A DNA stretch of 64,000 bases, from assembly GCA_964572145.1 (NCBI GenBank), contig CAZNES010000006.1:22603-86602 (forward strand), given 5' to 3'. This document shows positions 62,140-64,000 of this stretch, piece after piece. Every line of letters begins with the position of its first letter. Positions within the stretch are counted from its first letter, which is position 1. A program made the position numbers and the translations under genes. Origin of the DNA: an uncultured Syntrophobacteraceae bacterium. Lineage in GTDB: Bacteria; Desulfobacterota; Binatia; UBA9968. The notes under the pieces were generated by a model. That model was given only the letters and a program-made list of their open reading frames with translations. It did no database searches and was not told where the DNA came from.

Positions 62140-62312
62140 AGCGCTTCGGCCCGAGCGCGCGAGGCACTCCGGGCGAAGGTCAATAGTTTTCTGACTCGAG
62201 GGCCACCCGCGCCGGCCGCTCCAATGGAGCTTATTCCACCGGCCAGGGCCTGCCGTGCTGCTGCACGTCCCTGTGACCTTCGCCCTCCGGCCTCGTGCTC
62301 TCGGGCCGCTAT
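62140..62312. repeat. GC-rich imperfect inverted repeat (~35-nt arms ~90 nt apart) in the LLM leader / hydrolase terminator region
   Basis: CTTCGGCCCGAGCGCGCGAGGCACTCCGGGCGAAGGTCA vs TGACCTTCGCCCTCCGGCCTCGTGCTCTCGGGCCG. Confidence 0.5.
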
Positions 62313-62393
62313 GATGTTACAGCGTCCGTGGTTCCGAAGGGGCGAGTGTGAGGGCTGAAGCAATTTGTTTCCTGTTACCATGAATAATCCGGC

Positions 62394-63311
62394 CTAGCTT
62401 TTTTCAGTGACCGCGATCTTGTCGTACTTCAGATGACGATTATACCAATCGACGACGTTGGCGGCCACTTCGTTAAAGTAGTCGTTGTAGATGCCGTAGT
62501 GCGTCGTCTGGCGGAAGATGACGAGCTTCTTCGGCTCGCCGGCTTTTTCGTAGAGCGTCACCGACTGCGACTCGGGAGTCACCGCGTCGTTTTCAACGGC
62601 GACGAAGAGCACGCCGCGCGGGGAGATCCTGTGAACCACGTCCTCGGGGCTGTACTCGATGATCGCCTCGGCGCAATGCAGCGGCATCTGGTCGGGAATC
62701 TTGTCCGCGACTTCTTTTTTGATCGTCGTCGTTTTGCGCTCGGGTGTGGCGACCATGATCTCTTCGCGCGCGCTGACGATCTCGCCCGCCCCGGTGAGCG
62801 CGCGTTTTTTCCGGTCTTCGTCGATGCGCTTTAAATAATCTACCCATTCGTACTCGCGCCGCATCGAGTGGAGCCAGTCCCGGCCGTTGCTGATGCCGAG
62901 ATAGCAGACCGCGCACTTGACGCGCTCGTCGATCGCCGCGACGTAGACGGCGTTGCCGCCGCCGGTGCCGCCGGAGCCGTAAGTCGCGATGCGGTTCGGA
63001 TCGATGTCGGCGCGGGTCTGCATATAGCTGATCGCGTTGCGGATGTCTTTCACCTGCCACATCGGCATGACCCATTGGCGATCTTTGCCTTCACTGTCGC
63101 CCCAGCCGCGATAGTCGAAGCATAGACAAGCATAGCCGGCGGCGCAGAGCTTCTCGAACATCAAGGCATAGTGTTTGGCGTCCCGGAGGCCCAAAAAGCC
63201 CGGACCTTGAACGACCCCGGGCCACGGCTTGCCCTTGTCATCGTCGGGCAAATAGATATCGCCGTTGAGTTTGTTGCCTTCGCTGTAAAAAGCGACCTTC
63301 TCTTTCCGCAT
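62394..63311 (-). CDS. alpha/beta hydrolase (dienelactone hydrolase/peptidase S9-like)
   Basis: ..CLCFDYRGWGDSEG..; nucleophile elbow GSGGTGG. Confidence 0.8.
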   Translation of the reverse strand: MRKEKVAFYSEGNKLNGDIYLPDDDKGKPWPGVVQGPGFLGLRDAKHYALMFEKLCAAGYACLCFDYRGWGDSEGKDRQWVMPMWQVKDIRNAISYMQTRADIDPNRIATYGSGGTGGGNAVYVAAIDERVKCAVCYLGISNGRDWLHSMRREYEWVDYLKRIDEDRKKRALTGAGEIVSAREEIMVATPERKTTTIKKEVADKIPDQMPLHCAEAIIEYSPEDVVHRISPRGVLFVAVENDAVTPESQSVTLYEKAGEPKKLVIFRQTTHYGIYNDYFNEVAANVVDWYNRHLKYDKIAVTEKS

Positions 63312-63325
63312 AGCGAGTTCCTTCC

Positions 63326-64000
63326 TTAAGCCCGGACTTTAGGCAGGACTTCCTGGCCCAACAAGTCGATCTGTTCGTACCAGTCGGCGTAACGGAACCG
63401 GAGGTCGTAAACGATATGATTGAGCCCGGCTTCCTCATATCGCTTCGTGTCGCGCGCGATATCCGCCGGTGTGCCGGCGATGAGCAGGCCTTCGATGTCT
63501 TCGACCTTGGAGAAGGTGCCGGATGCCGGTTTGACCCAGGTTTTCTTGCTCGGGGCGTTGCCTTCGTTGATCAGACCCTTGACGTTCACCTTGCTGAGCG
63601 CGACGTCTCTGTTCTTATCGATGCTGGTGATCGGGATCGCGCCGGTGGTAACCATGGGCCGTCCCGCCAGCTTGCACTGCTCTTCGAGGTACTTGACCAT
63701 CTTATTAAAAGTAGCCGTGGGAATACGTCCGGGCATCCAGCCGTCGCAGTAATCCGCCGCGCGGCGGCACGAAGCGGGCGTTCCGCCGCCGTACCAAATG
63801 GGAATCTTTTTGCTCGGCGTCGGTTTGAGCTCGACGTCTTTGAAATCGTAATAATCGTCTTTGTAGCTGATCTTTTCACCGGCCCAGAAGCGACGGCAGA
63901 GCTGGGCGTTGATTTTTGCGATGTTAGCGCGATCTTGTAAGGTAGTCTTCTTATGACCCGCCGCTTCGAATTCATGGGGAAAGGTGCCGAGGCCAAGACC
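63326..64000 (-). CDS. LLM-class F420-dependent oxidoreductase, 5' end outside window
   Basis: C-terminal ..YEEAGLNHIVYDLRF..; frame continues to the window edge. Confidence 0.7.
   Translation of the reverse strand, partial: GLGLGTFPHEFEAAGHKKTTLQDRANIAKINAQLCRRFWAGEKISYKDDYYDFKDVELKPTPSKKIPIWYGGGTPASCRRAADYCDGWMPGRIPTATFNKMVKYLEEQCKLAGRPMVTTGAIPITSIDKNRDVALSKVNVKGLINEGNAPSKKTWVKPASGTFSKVEDIEGLLIAGTPADIARDTKRYEEAGLNHIVYDLRFRYADWYEQIDLLGQEVLPKVRA

Noticed and set aside
62124-62381. 85-aa minus-strand ORF inside the LLM leader inverted repeat
   Set aside because: It has no RBS, an Ala/Gly/Arg-rich composition, and coincides with the GC-rich structured region. It is treated as non-coding.

Overview
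High-GC bacterial chromosomal segment, mostly core housekeeping genes, with several accessory oddities. I suspect an uncultivated soil lineage (Rokubacteria/NC10-like or deltaproteobacterial) but cannot establish taxonomy from sequence alone. The supporting clues are the F420-type enzymes, many amidohydrolase and NMT1-type binding proteins, and TTG/GTG starts. Left to right the window holds: a phosphohexomutase 3' end; an unusual 842-aa UvrA paralog; an ISC/SUF-hybrid Fe-S cluster locus (iscS-iscA-sufB-nifS-rrf2) behind a consensus sigma70 promoter with a 25-bp palindrome; an lpxL-family acyltransferase; ispG, proS and pyrF; an NMT1-fold decarboxylase-like gene; thiD; an orphan RskA-domain membrane protein; a PEP-mutase/MOSC/GST trio; a giant 1887-aa tandem UvrA-UvrA fusion preceded by a coupled small ORF; queE; a vapBC toxin-antitoxin pair; a SAM methyltransferase; an IorAB-like molybdoenzyme with an amidohydrolase and a binding protein; a lipA pseudogene remnant; a second GST; cytochrome c; groES-groEL; a cupin; a 12-gene nuo operon (A,C,D,E,F,G,H,J,K,L,M,N) that lacks nuoB and nuoI; a DUF2233 glycosidase-like gene; an orphan form-II CoxL-like subunit; F420-type enzymes (a DDN-like reductase and two LLM oxidoreductases); hydrolases; a maleate-isomerase/racemase-like gene; a third binding protein; 3-methyladenine glycosylase; an MFS transporter; and a three-subunit (S-L-M) xanthine-dehydrogenase-family operon. 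A family of AT-rich intergenic elements built from tandem 7-8-mer repeats with inverted partners recurs at least five times, two of them inside the nuo operon. Coordinates for non-CDS elements are approximate (about +/-10 bp).
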